Of a stretch of 64,000 nt of DNA, positions 19,544 to 28,891 are shown one piece after another. Position 1 is the stretch's first letter, and each line of letters starts with the position of its first letter. The translations under genes and the position numbers were made by a program. The DNA is from Candidatus Latescibacterota bacterium (lineage in GTDB: Bacteria; Latescibacterota; UBA2968; UBA8231): positions 4,320,001 through 4,384,000 of the forward strand of contig OZ241362.1 of assembly GCA_965200315.1 (NCBI GenBank), given 5' to 3'. The notes under the pieces are model-generated. The model saw only the letters and a program-made list of their open reading frames with translations, did not search any database and was not told the origin of the DNA.

Positions 19544-20839
19544 ATGGCTACGGACTTGTGCCAACACATCGCAAACACGCTGCTGATCGACACCCATGAG
19601 CACCTGCGCAAGGAGCACGACTGGGTCGAGAACGGCCCGGACATTTTGCAAGACCTTTTTGGCAACTACGTGCCCGCCGACCTGATTGCGGCCGGCGCTA
19701 CTCCCGAGGACCTGCACAAGCTCAACGACGCTTCCGACCCGGACTTGGGAGTGCGCTTTGACCGCATCCGCTCGGCCTTTGCGGCCATCCGCTTCACTGG
19801 CTACGGCGAGGCCGTGCGCATCCTCGCGCACGCGGTCTATGGCATGGCCGATTTTAGCGAAGACGAGTTGCACAAGGCGCAAGAAAAGCTCAGCGCTTGG
19901 CGGCAGCCCGGCGGGCGGCACGAGCTGCTCAGCCAAGTAGGCCGGCTGGACCACGTGCAGACCGACGACTTTTCTTGGCCCTGCCTGCCCGACGAGTCCG
20001 GCGTGGACTTTTTCCTCTACGACTTGTCGTGGGCCACCTTTTGCAACGGCCAAGTCGATGCCGAGGCGATTGAGCGGGAAACGGGCGTGGCGGTCACCGA
20101 CTTGGCGAGCCTCAAGCAGGGTATGGAGGCGATTTTCGCCGCGCATGGTCCGGGGGCCATCGCGGTCAAAGCGCAACACGCGTACAATCGCACGCTGCGC
20201 TGGGAAGAGCGCGCCGACGCCGACGCCGAGCGCGTGCTCCAACGCCTGCTTCAGGGCGCGGCGCTCGACGAGCCGAGCCGGTTGCTGTTGGGCGACTGGT
20301 GCTGGGCGCGGGGCACCGAACTGGCGATCGAATACGAGTTGCCGTTCAAAATCCACACCGGCTACTATGCTGGCAACGACCGCATGCCCGTCGATCGCAT
20401 CAAAAGCGGCAACCTCTGCCCCTTGCTGGCCCGCTACCTCGATTGCCGCTTTGTGTTGATGCACATTGCCTATCCCTATTCCAACGAATTGGTCGCGCTG
20501 ACCAAGCACTACCGCAATGTGTACGCCGATCTCTGCTGGGCGTGGTCGATTGACCCGTATAGCTCGTGCGACTTTGTGCGCCGCTTTATCCACGCGGCTC
20601 CGGCGTCCAAGCTCTTTGCCTTTGGCGGCGACACTGGTTGGCCGACTAGCTCGGTAGCCTACGCGATTCAGGCGCGGCGCTGGCTCGCCCGCGCCCTGCA
20701 AGGCGAGATAGACGACGGCCTGCTGACCGAGGCCGAAGCTATCGAGTTGGCGACCCGCTTCATGCGCGGCAACCAAGAGGCCTGTTTCGACTTGGCTGGG
20801 ACGCGGCAGGTGCTGCGCCGGTCGCTTTCAGCCGCTTAG
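19544..20839 (+). CDS. Amidohydrolase-family protein
   Basis: IDTHEH, KIHTG, LMHIAYPY, FGGD; RBS AGGAG. Confidence 0.85.
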   Translation: MATDLCQHIANTLLIDTHEHLRKEHDWVENGPDILQDLFGNYVPADLIAAGATPEDLHKLNDASDPDLGVRFDRIRSAFAAIRFTGYGEAVRILAHAVYGMADFSEDELHKAQEKLSAWRQPGGRHELLSQVGRLDHVQTDDFSWPCLPDESGVDFFLYDLSWATFCNGQVDAEAIERETGVAVTDLASLKQGMEAIFAAHGPGAIAVKAQHAYNRTLRWEERADADAERVLQRLLQGAALDEPSRLLLGDWCWARGTELAIEYELPFKIHTGYYAGNDRMPVDRIKSGNLCPLLARYLDCRFVLMHIAYPYSNELVALTKHYRNVYADLCWAWSIDPYSSCDFVRRFIHAAPASKLFAFGGDTGWPTSSVAYAIQARRWLARALQGEIDDGLLTEAEAIELATRFMRGNQEACFDLAGTRQVLRRSLSAA

Positions 20840-20922
20840 GTTGCGCCAGGGTAGATCGGTTGGCGAGAAGAACGGAGCCGACAGAACAGGTCGCGTCGCC
20901 AGTAATCGGAGACAGCAAGTAC

Positions 20923-20977
20923 CGTCATTCCCGTGGAAGAACGTCACCCCGTGCCCCGACACGGGGCGGAAATTCAG
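20923..20977. repeat. REP-like nested palindrome
   Basis: Outer arms ATTCCCG / CGGAAAT (1 mismatch) enclose an inner hairpin CCCCGTG-6nt-CACGGGG; resembles the GTCATTCCCG..CGGGAATCCAG class of extragenic palindromes. Confidence 0.55.
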
Positions 20978-21072
20978 AGTGGTCAAGAGCAAACGCGATC
21001 TAAGAATGTGTCGCTTCGTATGACCGATTACTTGTCTCGTTTTTTCCATTTATAAGTAATTGTTTTCAAATA

Positions 21073-21126
21073 ACTAATATAAATTAGTATCATAAAAAAG
21101 CATAAAAAATGTCAGCAATTTTGACA
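21073..21126. promoter_or_regulatory. AT-rich region with two inverted repeats (possible operators)
   Basis: ACTAAT-ATAA-ATTAGT (21073-21088) and TGTCA-N7-TGACA (21110-21126) upstream of the antitoxin-like gene. Confidence 0.35.
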
Positions 21127-21188
21127 AGAAAAATGACAGCGGTGTCCGGCGTGCTTGACCTATTGAGACCTGCACGGGAGGCAAACAG

Positions 21189-21505
21189 ATGAAGAAGGAA
21201 CAGATGGTCGGCACTAGGCTCCCCTCGGAGTTGGTCCGCGAATTAGCGTTTATCGAGGAGGTTGAGCAGTCCGATCGCTCAACTACTGTGCGCCGGCTAC
21301 TCTCGAAAGCGATCCAGCAATGGCAGCTTGAGCACTACGTCCGGCTGTATGGAGATGGAAAGCTCACGCTGGCGCGAGCTGCGGGCGATGCTGGAGTCTC
21401 CTTGTGAGAAATGATGGATTATGCCCGTGCCAGATGCCTGCCCAATACGATATCGAAGAGCTCCAGCGCGACTTGGGAACCATCCACGGAAGTCTGGACC
21501 AATAA
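21189..21505 (+). pseudogene. UPF0175/RHH-type antitoxin-like pseudogene
   Basis: DRSTTVRRLL..YGDGKLTLARAA..GVSL then TGA (likely TGG>TGA), EMMDYAR, then a frameshift to PAQYDIEELQRDL..*. Confidence 0.65.
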
Positions 21506-21989
21506 ATTATAGCAGTCTGGAATGATTTAAGAGCATGGAACGTTCATCGGCACCGTCTTCTCTGAGTTACCTGCCTGTAGGCCGACGGGCGAGACGCCCT
21601 CGGGTAGTGCGTCAGTTTGAAATTCGACCCTAAAAGATTAAAAATAGGTACAGATGTTGCCTTAGGTGCTGCTAATTTTTTCTTGCACCCTTCTATCCTA
21701 TCCAGTACTTTCCAAGTACACCTCCGCAGGTGAATCAACGGAGAGTAGAGACCAATGGCCACCACCCGCCCACCGACCTCGCTTCCGGTCCGCCGTCCTG
21801 CACGTCGAAAAGCCGATGCGGTTGGCTCTGCCGTCGAGATTGGCCAGATCGCCACCCGCCAGAAGGCCGATCCTTACCCCATAGATCAATCTGAGTCTGT
21901 GCTACACGCCCTTTGTAACGAAGAAAAAAAGCGGAAAAATTCAAACTGAAATAGTTGAGTTTACCCTTGTTTTTTCGTAACTTAGGGAC

Positions 21990-22579
21990 ATGAATAGGCT
22001 GCCGCTACACACCCGTAAAATCCTTTTATCTATGCTTGTGGAAGGCATCGTCGATGCGCTCGATTAGCCGGACACTGGATATATCGTTCAATGTTAAGAA
22101 GATGCTAGTAGATAGCGGAACTGTCTGTGCTACTTACCACGAGTAGACGGTTCGCAACGTGTCTGCTCGCCGTGTTGAGTGTGATGAGATATGGTCATTC
22201 TGTTACGCGAAGGGAAAAATCATAGCGACAGAGGGCCGGTTGGGTCTCCCGAGGCCGGGGATGTGTGGACATGGACGCGATAGACCCGGAAACCAAATTG
22301 CTGATTGCTTGGTACGTTGGGGACCGTTCGATGAAGAGCGGAAAAGTGTTTTTAACCTATCTCCGGTTGAGACTAGCTAATAAGGTTCACTTGACCTCGG
22401 ATCAATATGGAGTTTATATCGAGGCCGTCGATGACGTGTTTGGAGCCGATGTTGAGCACCATCAACTTGCCAAATACGCCGAGGGGCCAACGAAACTTGC
22501 AAGCACGTCCCGCGTCGAACGGCATAACCTGACGATGCGAATGGGGATGCGACGATTCACGCGGCGAAAGAGAATGTAA
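21990..22579 (+). pseudogene. IS1-family DDE transposase, inactivated
   Basis: MNRLPL..SMLVEG / SMRSISR..; in-frame TAG at 22144; VECDEIWSFCYAK; AIDPETKL..LTSD..STSRVERHNLTMRMGMRRFTR spread over several frames; C-terminus missing. Confidence 0.88.
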
Positions 22580-22596
22580 AAGGAGATAACCCCGAA

Positions 22597-22869
22597 ATGT
22601 CCATCTTCGTTGTTGTTCTAAATCAAGAGGCTCCCGAACTCTTTGAGGACAAAATAAATGAGTTATATCCACTTAGTTATAGGTACGCAGATAATGTGTT
22701 TTTTCTTGAGGATGATAATATACCTGAGACCATAGCTAATCGTCTTGGTATAAAAGTAGAAGACGAAAACCAGAGAACGGCTACTGGGGCGGTGTTTGGT
22801 CTCGATGGTTCGTATTCGGGATATACTGCAAAGGCCCTTTGGGACTGGTTGCGGAGGGTAGAAAAATGA
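22597..22869 (+). CDS. IS cargo: small alpha/beta hypothetical protein (90 aa)
   Basis: Strong RBS AAGGAG; intact AT-rich ORF ending YSGYTAKALWDWL; ATGA-coupled to the next gene. Confidence 0.75.
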   Translation: MSIFVVVLNQEAPELFEDKINELYPLSYRYADNVFFLEDDNIPETIANRLGIKVEDENQRTATGAVFGLDGSYSGYTAKALWDWLRRVEK

Positions 22870-23183
22870 GCGACTCTCCAGAGAGAGATATTGGCAGTAA
22901 TCCTCCTGAACCAGGATCGAGAGAAAACGGAGGCCGTAAGGGTGGATTAAATCCTGAACTTGTTGAGCACAGACTTAATCAGATTGAAGGATCTACCAAG
23001 AAAATCGAAGAGGATATTTCTGATCTTAGGGTTTCGGTTGGAAAAATCGAAGAAGGTATGAAGCATGTCGCCACAAGGGGTTGGGTTCTCGGTGGTGTTA
23101 TAGGCGGTATGACTATTGCTGTCGCTATTGCTGGAGCAATACTGAGATTTTGGCCTGTTGTTAGTAGTAGCGGAGGCGGTTAG
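22866..23183 (+). CDS. IS cargo: coiled-coil protein with a C-terminal TM helix
   Basis: ATGA overlap; heptad region RLNQIEGSTKKIEEDISDLRVSVGKIEE, then WVLGGVIGGMTIAVAIAGAIL. Confidence 0.75.
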   Translation: MSDSPERDIGSNPPEPGSRENGGRKGGLNPELVEHRLNQIEGSTKKIEEDISDLRVSVGKIEEGMKHVATRGWVLGGVIGGMTIAVAIAGAILRFWPVVSSSGGG

Positions 23184-23381
23184 ACTCCAATGAATATCAC
23201 AAGCAACCCCCATGCCAAACATGCTGGCACGGGGGTTTTTCGTGTACTTTAGCCCGCCTCAAAAAAATTATTTTCAAACTGACGCACTACCCGCCCTCGC
23301 ACCCATATACGGAAGGAGACGCGAAGGAACAGGTGGTACTTCCGTTTCACTCATGCTGTTATTTCCTCCAAGTCGCGTTCG

Positions 23382-26183
23382 TCACAGACGAGGGTTTTTT
23401 GCACGTCTCTTCTTTCGCTTCCCTATCGCTTCCGCTGCCAACGGTGCTTGCAACTGTTCATACAGCGCAAAGAGATGCTCCACGCGCTCTCGCTCGGCGG
23501 CAAAGCGTGAGCGGCGATAGAGGCTATCCACAGCACGGTCGAGGGCTGAGTGCGCCCGGCGCAAATCGGGCGGCATCGCGTCTGGGTCGTAGAGATCGGC
23601 GAGCGTGGCGTTTGGGTGGTTGGCCCGAGCCGCGAGCACCGCGTCGGCGTGGGGCGCGAGGCGTTGTAGCCTTTTCGTAGGGATTGACGGCAGCGGAAAG
23701 GTATTGTACACGAGACCACTGGAATAGCGATAATCGCTTTTTAGCCGCCCGCCGACATACCTCAGCCAAGCCATGTGCATGGAGGAAGTCAAAATAGCGA
23801 ATTGCCAAAGTTCCGTATTCTCCACGACCAGCAATTGATTGCTCGGAATAGAAGGCGGTTCCAACCAGCCAATCGGGACGTACTGACGGCGCTCCGAACT
23901 GACTTCGGGAATGACCAAAAATTCGGCCTCTGGAATGACGGAGACGTGATACTCAGTAGGACGCTCAGCGAGCGACTGACCTAACCGACCAGCTTGATTC
24001 GCTCGATAATGCCTGACCGCTTGGATTTTGTCCATGACGTTGGGCAGTGAGCGCAGGAGTGTCGGCGATTGACCGGAGACGTGAAGAATCCAGCGCTCCC
24101 TATTGTTAATGTATTCAGCGCCGCCGACAAACGGCCTCAGCAAGCCGGCTGCTCGCGGCTCCCGTGCAACAAGGTCCGCTTTCTCCGTTTCCTCCAGAAT
24201 GTAGTGTCCACCATCAACCGGCTTGGTTCCAACGCCAATTTTTGGAAGATGGCCAATAGAGGCTCGCTCTCTCTTTACCACCAGATGCGAATTCGCCAAA
24301 TGGCCAGCATCAATAAGGTACGGACTGATGGCCGACACTCGAATCTCGTCAGGAGGCTCTGTCGGCTTTGGGTATGTGAATAGACGCCGTTCATTGGATA
24401 TGGAGTTCCTGTCAGATAGCCCGATAACTACAACATGTACGTGCGCGACTCCCCGCGCATCAGAGCCCCAAACGAAGGTGCGGTGCGCGAAGGCGATTTC
24501 CAATTTGTAGCGCTCAAACAAGGCAGGCCATAGTTGGGCGACTTGTTCGCCCTGTGTGATGGAATTAGTCGCCACAAAGCCAACCCGTGCGTGATTCTCG
24601 CGAAGATACTCACCGGCCTTGAGAAACCATCCGGCGACATAATCCAGCCGCGATCCCGATGCGCCAAGTCTCGCCATGAGTGCTTTGGACTGCGTTTGCT
24701 TTTTCCTAGTCCGCATGACAAAGCCACTAAACGGCGGATTGCCGAATACGTACGAACATTCCTCCGGCGGCAGCAGTTCGGCCCAGTCCATTGTTAGCGC
24801 GTCTGCGTTGCGGATGTGCGGCGACTTCTCCAGCGGAATGCGCGCATAGGTCTGGCCGAACTCCAGGCTCAGCCGATTGTTCATGATGTGGTCCATCATC
24901 CACAGCGCGGTCTCAGCGATGCGCACCGGAAACTCGCTAATCTCAATGCCATAGAACTGATCGACGTCGACTACAGAAAGCAACTCGGCGAAGGCCGAAA
25001 GCTGGCCGGATGGGTGCAACTCGCGCAACACCTCGATTTCAAGCTGCCGCAACTCGCGGTAGGCGATGATGAGGAAGTTTCCGCAGCCGCACGCCGGGTC
25101 GAGAAACGTCAACTGCCCTAGTTTTTGTTGGAACGTGTGCAAATCGGGGATGCGGCGGCTGTCTCGTCGGGCCTTCAGCCGTGCAAACTCGGCCCGTAGG
25201 TCGTCTAAGAACAGCGGTTCAAGCACCTTGCGGATATTCTGTTCGGTGGTGTAGTGAGCACCCTGAGCGCGGCGCTCGGCTGGTGCCATCACCGCTTGGA
25301 ACAGGGCGCCGAAGATGGCCGGGGAAATCGCGGTCCAGTCGAACAAGCAAGCGTCGAGCAGACTCTGGCGCATTGCCGCGTCGAAGTCGGGGATGCGCAG
25401 CGGCGCGGCGAACAACTCGCCGTTGATGTATGGGAAGCGCGCCAAGTCCTCGTCGAGCGTAGTCTGCCGCCGCTCCTCTGGCGTGTTCAAGACTTGAAAC
25501 AGCCGCGCTAGATAGGGGCCGAGGTCGCGGCCATCGGGTGCAGTGCGCTCCTCAATGAACTGCAAGAAGATGTCGCGCGGCTCGAAGATGCCGGTGTCGT
25601 CGGCAAACAAGCAAAACACTATGCGGACGAGGAAGATCTCCAAGTCGTGGCCGTTGTAGCCAGACTCCGCGAGCGCGTCGTGCAGGCGAGCAATGCGCTC
25701 GGACGCCTCGATGTTGACCGGGTCTTGGTCGCGGAATGTGCGCCGCTGCACTCCGATGATGAAACCAAACTTTTCGACGTGCTGCGGCAGATCGGCGAGG
25801 GCAAAGCGCGTCTCCTCGCGCTCGTCCCGGTCGAGCAGTTCAAAGGTCTGAAAGTCGCAGAGCAGTTGGTAGCGGGGGCGGTTGCGCTCGGGCAGTGCGT
25901 CGAAATAGGCACCGGCCTGTTTACGTGCGGCGATAAGGTCGCGGCCGGCACTCTTTTGCTCGACTAGCAATACGCCCGGCCAGAACAGGTCAATAAAGCC
26001 GGACGAATCGTCTAAGCGACGAACATGCTCCTCATAGCGTGCAACCGTGCGGCGACGTACGCCGAAGATCTCAAAAAAGTCGTTATAGAAGCTCTGAGTC
26101 TCGCCCCTCTCATAGGTCGCGTCTTTCCATTCTGCGGCGAATCGGGCGGCGCGGGTGCGGATTTCATTCCACGAAAGGCGCAT
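23382..26183 (-). CDS. MmeI-like type IIL/IIG fused restriction endonuclease-methyltransferase
   Basis: N-terminal FIDLFWPGVLLVEQKS nuclease motif, GAHYT, LDPACGCGNFL (motif I), GNPPF (motif IV), NSITQGEQ, GGRLKSDYRYS, ATLADLYDP; 933 aa. Confidence 0.92.
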   Translation of the reverse strand: MRLSWNEIRTRAARFAAEWKDATYERGETQSFYNDFFEIFGVRRRTVARYEEHVRRLDDSSGFIDLFWPGVLLVEQKSAGRDLIAARKQAGAYFDALPERNRPRYQLLCDFQTFELLDRDEREETRFALADLPQHVEKFGFIIGVQRRTFRDQDPVNIEASERIARLHDALAESGYNGHDLEIFLVRIVFCLFADDTGIFEPRDIFLQFIEERTAPDGRDLGPYLARLFQVLNTPEERRQTTLDEDLARFPYINGELFAAPLRIPDFDAAMRQSLLDACLFDWTAISPAIFGALFQAVMAPAERRAQGAHYTTEQNIRKVLEPLFLDDLRAEFARLKARRDSRRIPDLHTFQQKLGQLTFLDPACGCGNFLIIAYRELRQLEIEVLRELHPSGQLSAFAELLSVVDVDQFYGIEISEFPVRIAETALWMMDHIMNNRLSLEFGQTYARIPLEKSPHIRNADALTMDWAELLPPEECSYVFGNPPFSGFVMRTRKKQTQSKALMARLGASGSRLDYVAGWFLKAGEYLRENHARVGFVATNSITQGEQVAQLWPALFERYKLEIAFAHRTFVWGSDARGVAHVHVVVIGLSDRNSISNERRLFTYPKPTEPPDEIRVSAISPYLIDAGHLANSHLVVKRERASIGHLPKIGVGTKPVDGGHYILEETEKADLVAREPRAAGLLRPFVGGAEYINNRERWILHVSGQSPTLLRSLPNVMDKIQAVRHYRANQAGRLGQSLAERPTEYHVSVIPEAEFLVIPEVSSERRQYVPIGWLEPPSIPSNQLLVVENTELWQFAILTSSMHMAWLRYVGGRLKSDYRYSSGLVYNTFPLPSIPTKRLQRLAPHADAVLAARANHPNATLADLYDPDAMPPDLRRAHSALDRAVDSLYRRSRFAAERERVEHLFALYEQLQAPLAAEAIGKRKKRRAKNPRL

Positions 26184-26232
26184 GACGATGGGTTCTACGC
26201 TGGGTTGCTATGTGTTGCTGGTGATGTGGCTT

Positions 26233-26871
26233 CTAGGCGTCATTCACTGGGCGTCCTGCTGGAAACCAAGCTGTTAGGACCCTTTTGAGTTCCAAGAACG
26301 ATGGATCATTGCAGCGGCGCAGGGAAACCTTTTCTGCAAGCTGCCGATACAAGGAGGCACTACGAGGTTTCCGCACTGTGCGTAAAGCCGCTTGTAATGC
26401 TTCCTTGGGGCGTTCGGGTTTGGTTGCTCTTTCTTGTAAATAGCCCTGACTGATCAGCCACCGACGCAGCGGCGGTCGTCGATCCTTCCATCCCACAACG
26501 GCGTCAACATGAGGCGAACTGCTCCAGACCCACGACTCCAGTTCTGGGTCGAGTACGATGGTGCTCGCTCGTTTGCCCCACGCCGAGTTCTCGAACTCAC
26601 GGTTGAGTTCTTGCTGCACTTCTTGGGGCTGCTTCTGTTCCATGCCACTGCCTTCGTGATCGAAAATGAGTAACCCATGACGATACTGTTCCGAGTATCT
26701 GGAAAGAAACTCAACGCCGTTTAGAGCACAGCCGGGATCGTGTTGCGGATGAACGTAAATTTCTTCGTCAATTGGGCGAATACCCAATGCCTTTGGTCGC
26801 CTAAACAACCCAACCAGTGCCTGTTCTATATTGGAGTCGGCTGCGAGAATAACGAGGTCTTGCTCGTTCAT
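26233..26871 (-). CDS. MAD4-like TOPRIM-type nuclease partner of the AAA ATPase
   Basis: DLVILAAD, HPQHDPG, LLIFDHEGSG, PELESWVW, RPKEAL, DPSF; ATGA-coupled to the ATPase. Confidence 0.65.
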   Translation of the reverse strand: MNEQDLVILAADSNIEQALVGLFRRPKALGIRPIDEEIYVHPQHDPGCALNGVEFLSRYSEQYRHGLLIFDHEGSGMEQKQPQEVQQELNREFENSAWGKRASTIVLDPELESWVWSSSPHVDAVVGWKDRRPPLRRWLISQGYLQERATKPERPKEALQAALRTVRKPRSASLYRQLAEKVSLRRCNDPSFLELKRVLTAWFPAGRPVNDA

Positions 26872-28115
26872 CCCAAAACCCCAGAGGCCAGTAGTGTGCC
26901 AAGGTCGGTTTGGCCTTGCCATTGCCTCAGCTTGGGGTGCTCGGTGCCAAGAACAATGTCAGTCGAGCCGTCGTCATTCTTGGCAAAGCACAATACGTCA
27001 TCCATGCTAGCCGCGCTCAGCACTACCGGCGAATGCGTCGCTAACAAGACTTGGGCCTCATACATTGAAGAAAGCGAATCATACACCGTGGCGACCGCTC
27101 GTGGATGTATCCCGTTCTCGGGCTCCTCTATTAGATAGATGCCCTGTAAGTCGGTTAGATATGCGGGTAGCGTGAGTGCCGTCAGCCGCAACGTACCGTC
27201 GGAAACCATCCACGAAGGCACCTTTAGCCCACCTTCATACTCGTAGATCATGTAACAATGCCGGTCCTCTGGGCGCTCGAATGTCTCGATGTTGACCAAG
27301 TCGGTCAGGGCCGTGCGCAGATGTGCAATCCAGTCTTGATGCCGTTGCGGAGCTTTTTCTTGCAAATGAGAGACCACCCAAGGCAGGTTTGAACCGTCCG
27401 GCAAAAAGCCAGCCCCCCTCATTGGAGAACTGGGGCGCTTAATGGCATAACTGTTCAGTACGAACTCTTGGACGCCGCCGGTCAGATACGCTAGAAACCA
27501 TCTGGCAACGGGAAAGCGCTCTATATCAGCAGGCAGGTTGCCGAAAGCCGACGTATGCGGTCCTAACTTGAACGACGGAGACCAGCCTTTATCTGTTTCG
27601 CTATAAAAGCTGTCGTTGCCTCCGGCTGTCTTATTGATGACGACCTTGCTGTCTTTCCGCCTAATGCGCTCCAATAGTGAATTCGGGGCGTCGGCCGGCA
27701 CCGGAAATAAAGTGCGCTGTGGAATTGCAAAATCCGCAGATTTTTTTAGTAAAACCGTCTCAGACTTGAACTCGAATTGGCGGTTTGTTGCGTCAAAGCC
27801 AATCGCCACCTGATACCGCGCTGTGTCCAATTCTGGTCTCATTGTCAGAGGACGCAGGTTGTCGGGGATTCGTGCCTCTACCGCTATCTCTAGCCTATCG
27901 CCCTGACGCCGAAAGAGGAGGTCTTGGGGGTTCTGAGTGCGCTTTGAGATCGCCGTATCCAACCCGTCATACAACAAATCACAGAGAAAACCAATAACGT
28001 CCAAAAAGGTGGTTTTACCAGACGCATTCGGCCCGACGAGGACGTGAAAAGGGCGCAGCGGCCTATGCACATAGCGCAAACAGCGATAATTCAAGGCTTC
28101 AACTAGCGTTATCAT
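26868..28115 (-). CDS. MAD3-like AAA_21/ABC-type ATPase
   Basis: NYRCL, GPNASGKT (Walker A), SDGTLR signature, LIEEPENGIHP (Walker B/D-loop), ATHSP. Confidence 0.85.
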   Translation of the reverse strand: MITLVEALNYRCLRYVHRPLRPFHVLVGPNASGKTTFLDVIGFLCDLLYDGLDTAISKRTQNPQDLLFRRQGDRLEIAVEARIPDNLRPLTMRPELDTARYQVAIGFDATNRQFEFKSETVLLKKSADFAIPQRTLFPVPADAPNSLLERIRRKDSKVVINKTAGGNDSFYSETDKGWSPSFKLGPHTSAFGNLPADIERFPVARWFLAYLTGGVQEFVLNSYAIKRPSSPMRGAGFLPDGSNLPWVVSHLQEKAPQRHQDWIAHLRTALTDLVNIETFERPEDRHCYMIYEYEGGLKVPSWMVSDGTLRLTALTLPAYLTDLQGIYLIEEPENGIHPRAVATVYDSLSSMYEAQVLLATHSPVVLSAASMDDVLCFAKNDDGSTDIVLGTEHPKLRQWQGQTDLGTLLASGVLG

Positions 28116-28159
28116 CCGTCGGTTCTATCTCCGAGGCCGCAGTTAGCCACTCATCCGCC

Positions 28160-28891
28160 CTACTGAAACAACTGCGCCGTCGGCTTGATCACCAACAGGG
28201 GCACGCAGGCGCGGGGAGGGAGCGCGGCGACGAAGAGCGCGGCTTGGGCCAGCTCTTCGGGTTGCAGCATGGCGGCCCGGCGTTGGGCACTGACAGGTTC
28301 GGGCCGCTGGGCCAAAATCGGCGTCTCCACCTCGCCGGGGCAAATCGCGCAGGCGCGGATGCCGGACGCGACTTCCTCCTCGTTGATCGAGTTGGTCAGG
28401 GCCACCGCTCCGTGCTTGGAGGCCGAATACGCGGCACCGGCCAACTTGCTGGCGCGCAGCCCGGCGATGGACGAAATGGTGATGATGAGGCCGTCGTTTT
28501 GTTGCCGCATCCCCGGCAACACCGCCCGCACCATGTTGTACACTCCGGTGAGATTGATGGCGATGGTTTGGTCCCAGTCCTCAGGGGCTACGGTGCCGAC
28601 CGACCGCGGATTGGTGTTGATGCCGGCGTTGTTGACTAGCACATCGACGGCTCCCCACTCGGCCTCGACTGCGGACGCTAGGGCCGCGACCGCGGCGCGG
28701 TCGGATACGTCGCAGGCGTGGAGCAGGACCCGCTCGGCATCGAGACCAGCGGCCGCAGCGGCGAGCGGTTCAGGACGCCGCCCAACAAATGCCACCCGCG
28801 CCCCGGCGTCGGCAAAACCGCGCGCGATGGCCGCGCCGATTCCGGTGCCAGCGCCGGTGACTACCACAACTTTATCGGTGAATTGCCTCAT
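28160..28891 (-). CDS. SDR family oxidoreductase
   Basis: TGAGTGIG, NNAG, YSASK; TAATG overlap with the upstream gene. Confidence 0.92.
   Translation of the reverse strand: MRQFTDKVVVVTGAGTGIGAAIARGFADAGARVAFVGRRPEPLAAAAAGLDAERVLLHACDVSDRAAVAALASAVEAEWGAVDVLVNNAGINTNPRSVGTVAPEDWDQTIAINLTGVYNMVRAVLPGMRQQNDGLIITISSIAGLRASKLAGAAYSASKHGAVALTNSINEEEVASGIRACAICPGEVETPILAQRPEPVSAQRRAAMLQPEELAQAALFVAALPPRACVPLLVIKPTAQLFQ

Larger units (their letters stand above)
21603..23291 (+). mobile_element. IS1-family element with cargo genes (1689 bp)
   Basis: Terminal inverted repeats GGTAGTGCGTCAGTTTGAAA (21603-21622) and TTTCAAACTGACGCACTACC (23272-23291); 8-bp direct repeat CGCCCTCG at 21595-21602 and 23292-23299; internal transposase remnant. 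Confidence 0.92.

Noticed and set aside
19526-20776. 416-aa antisense ORF over the amidohydrolase
   Set aside because: Mirror-frame ORF of a well-supported gene; no recognisable domain.
21938-21950. Internal partial copy of the IS end (ATTCAAACTGA)
   Set aside because: Only ~10 bp match and it lacks the terminal CACTACC; it may be a relic of a nested element but cannot be supported.
22597-22869. Possible Cas2-like small protein implying CRISPR
   Set aside because: No cas1, other cas genes or repeat-spacer array anywhere in the window; the size and fold resemblance is superficial.
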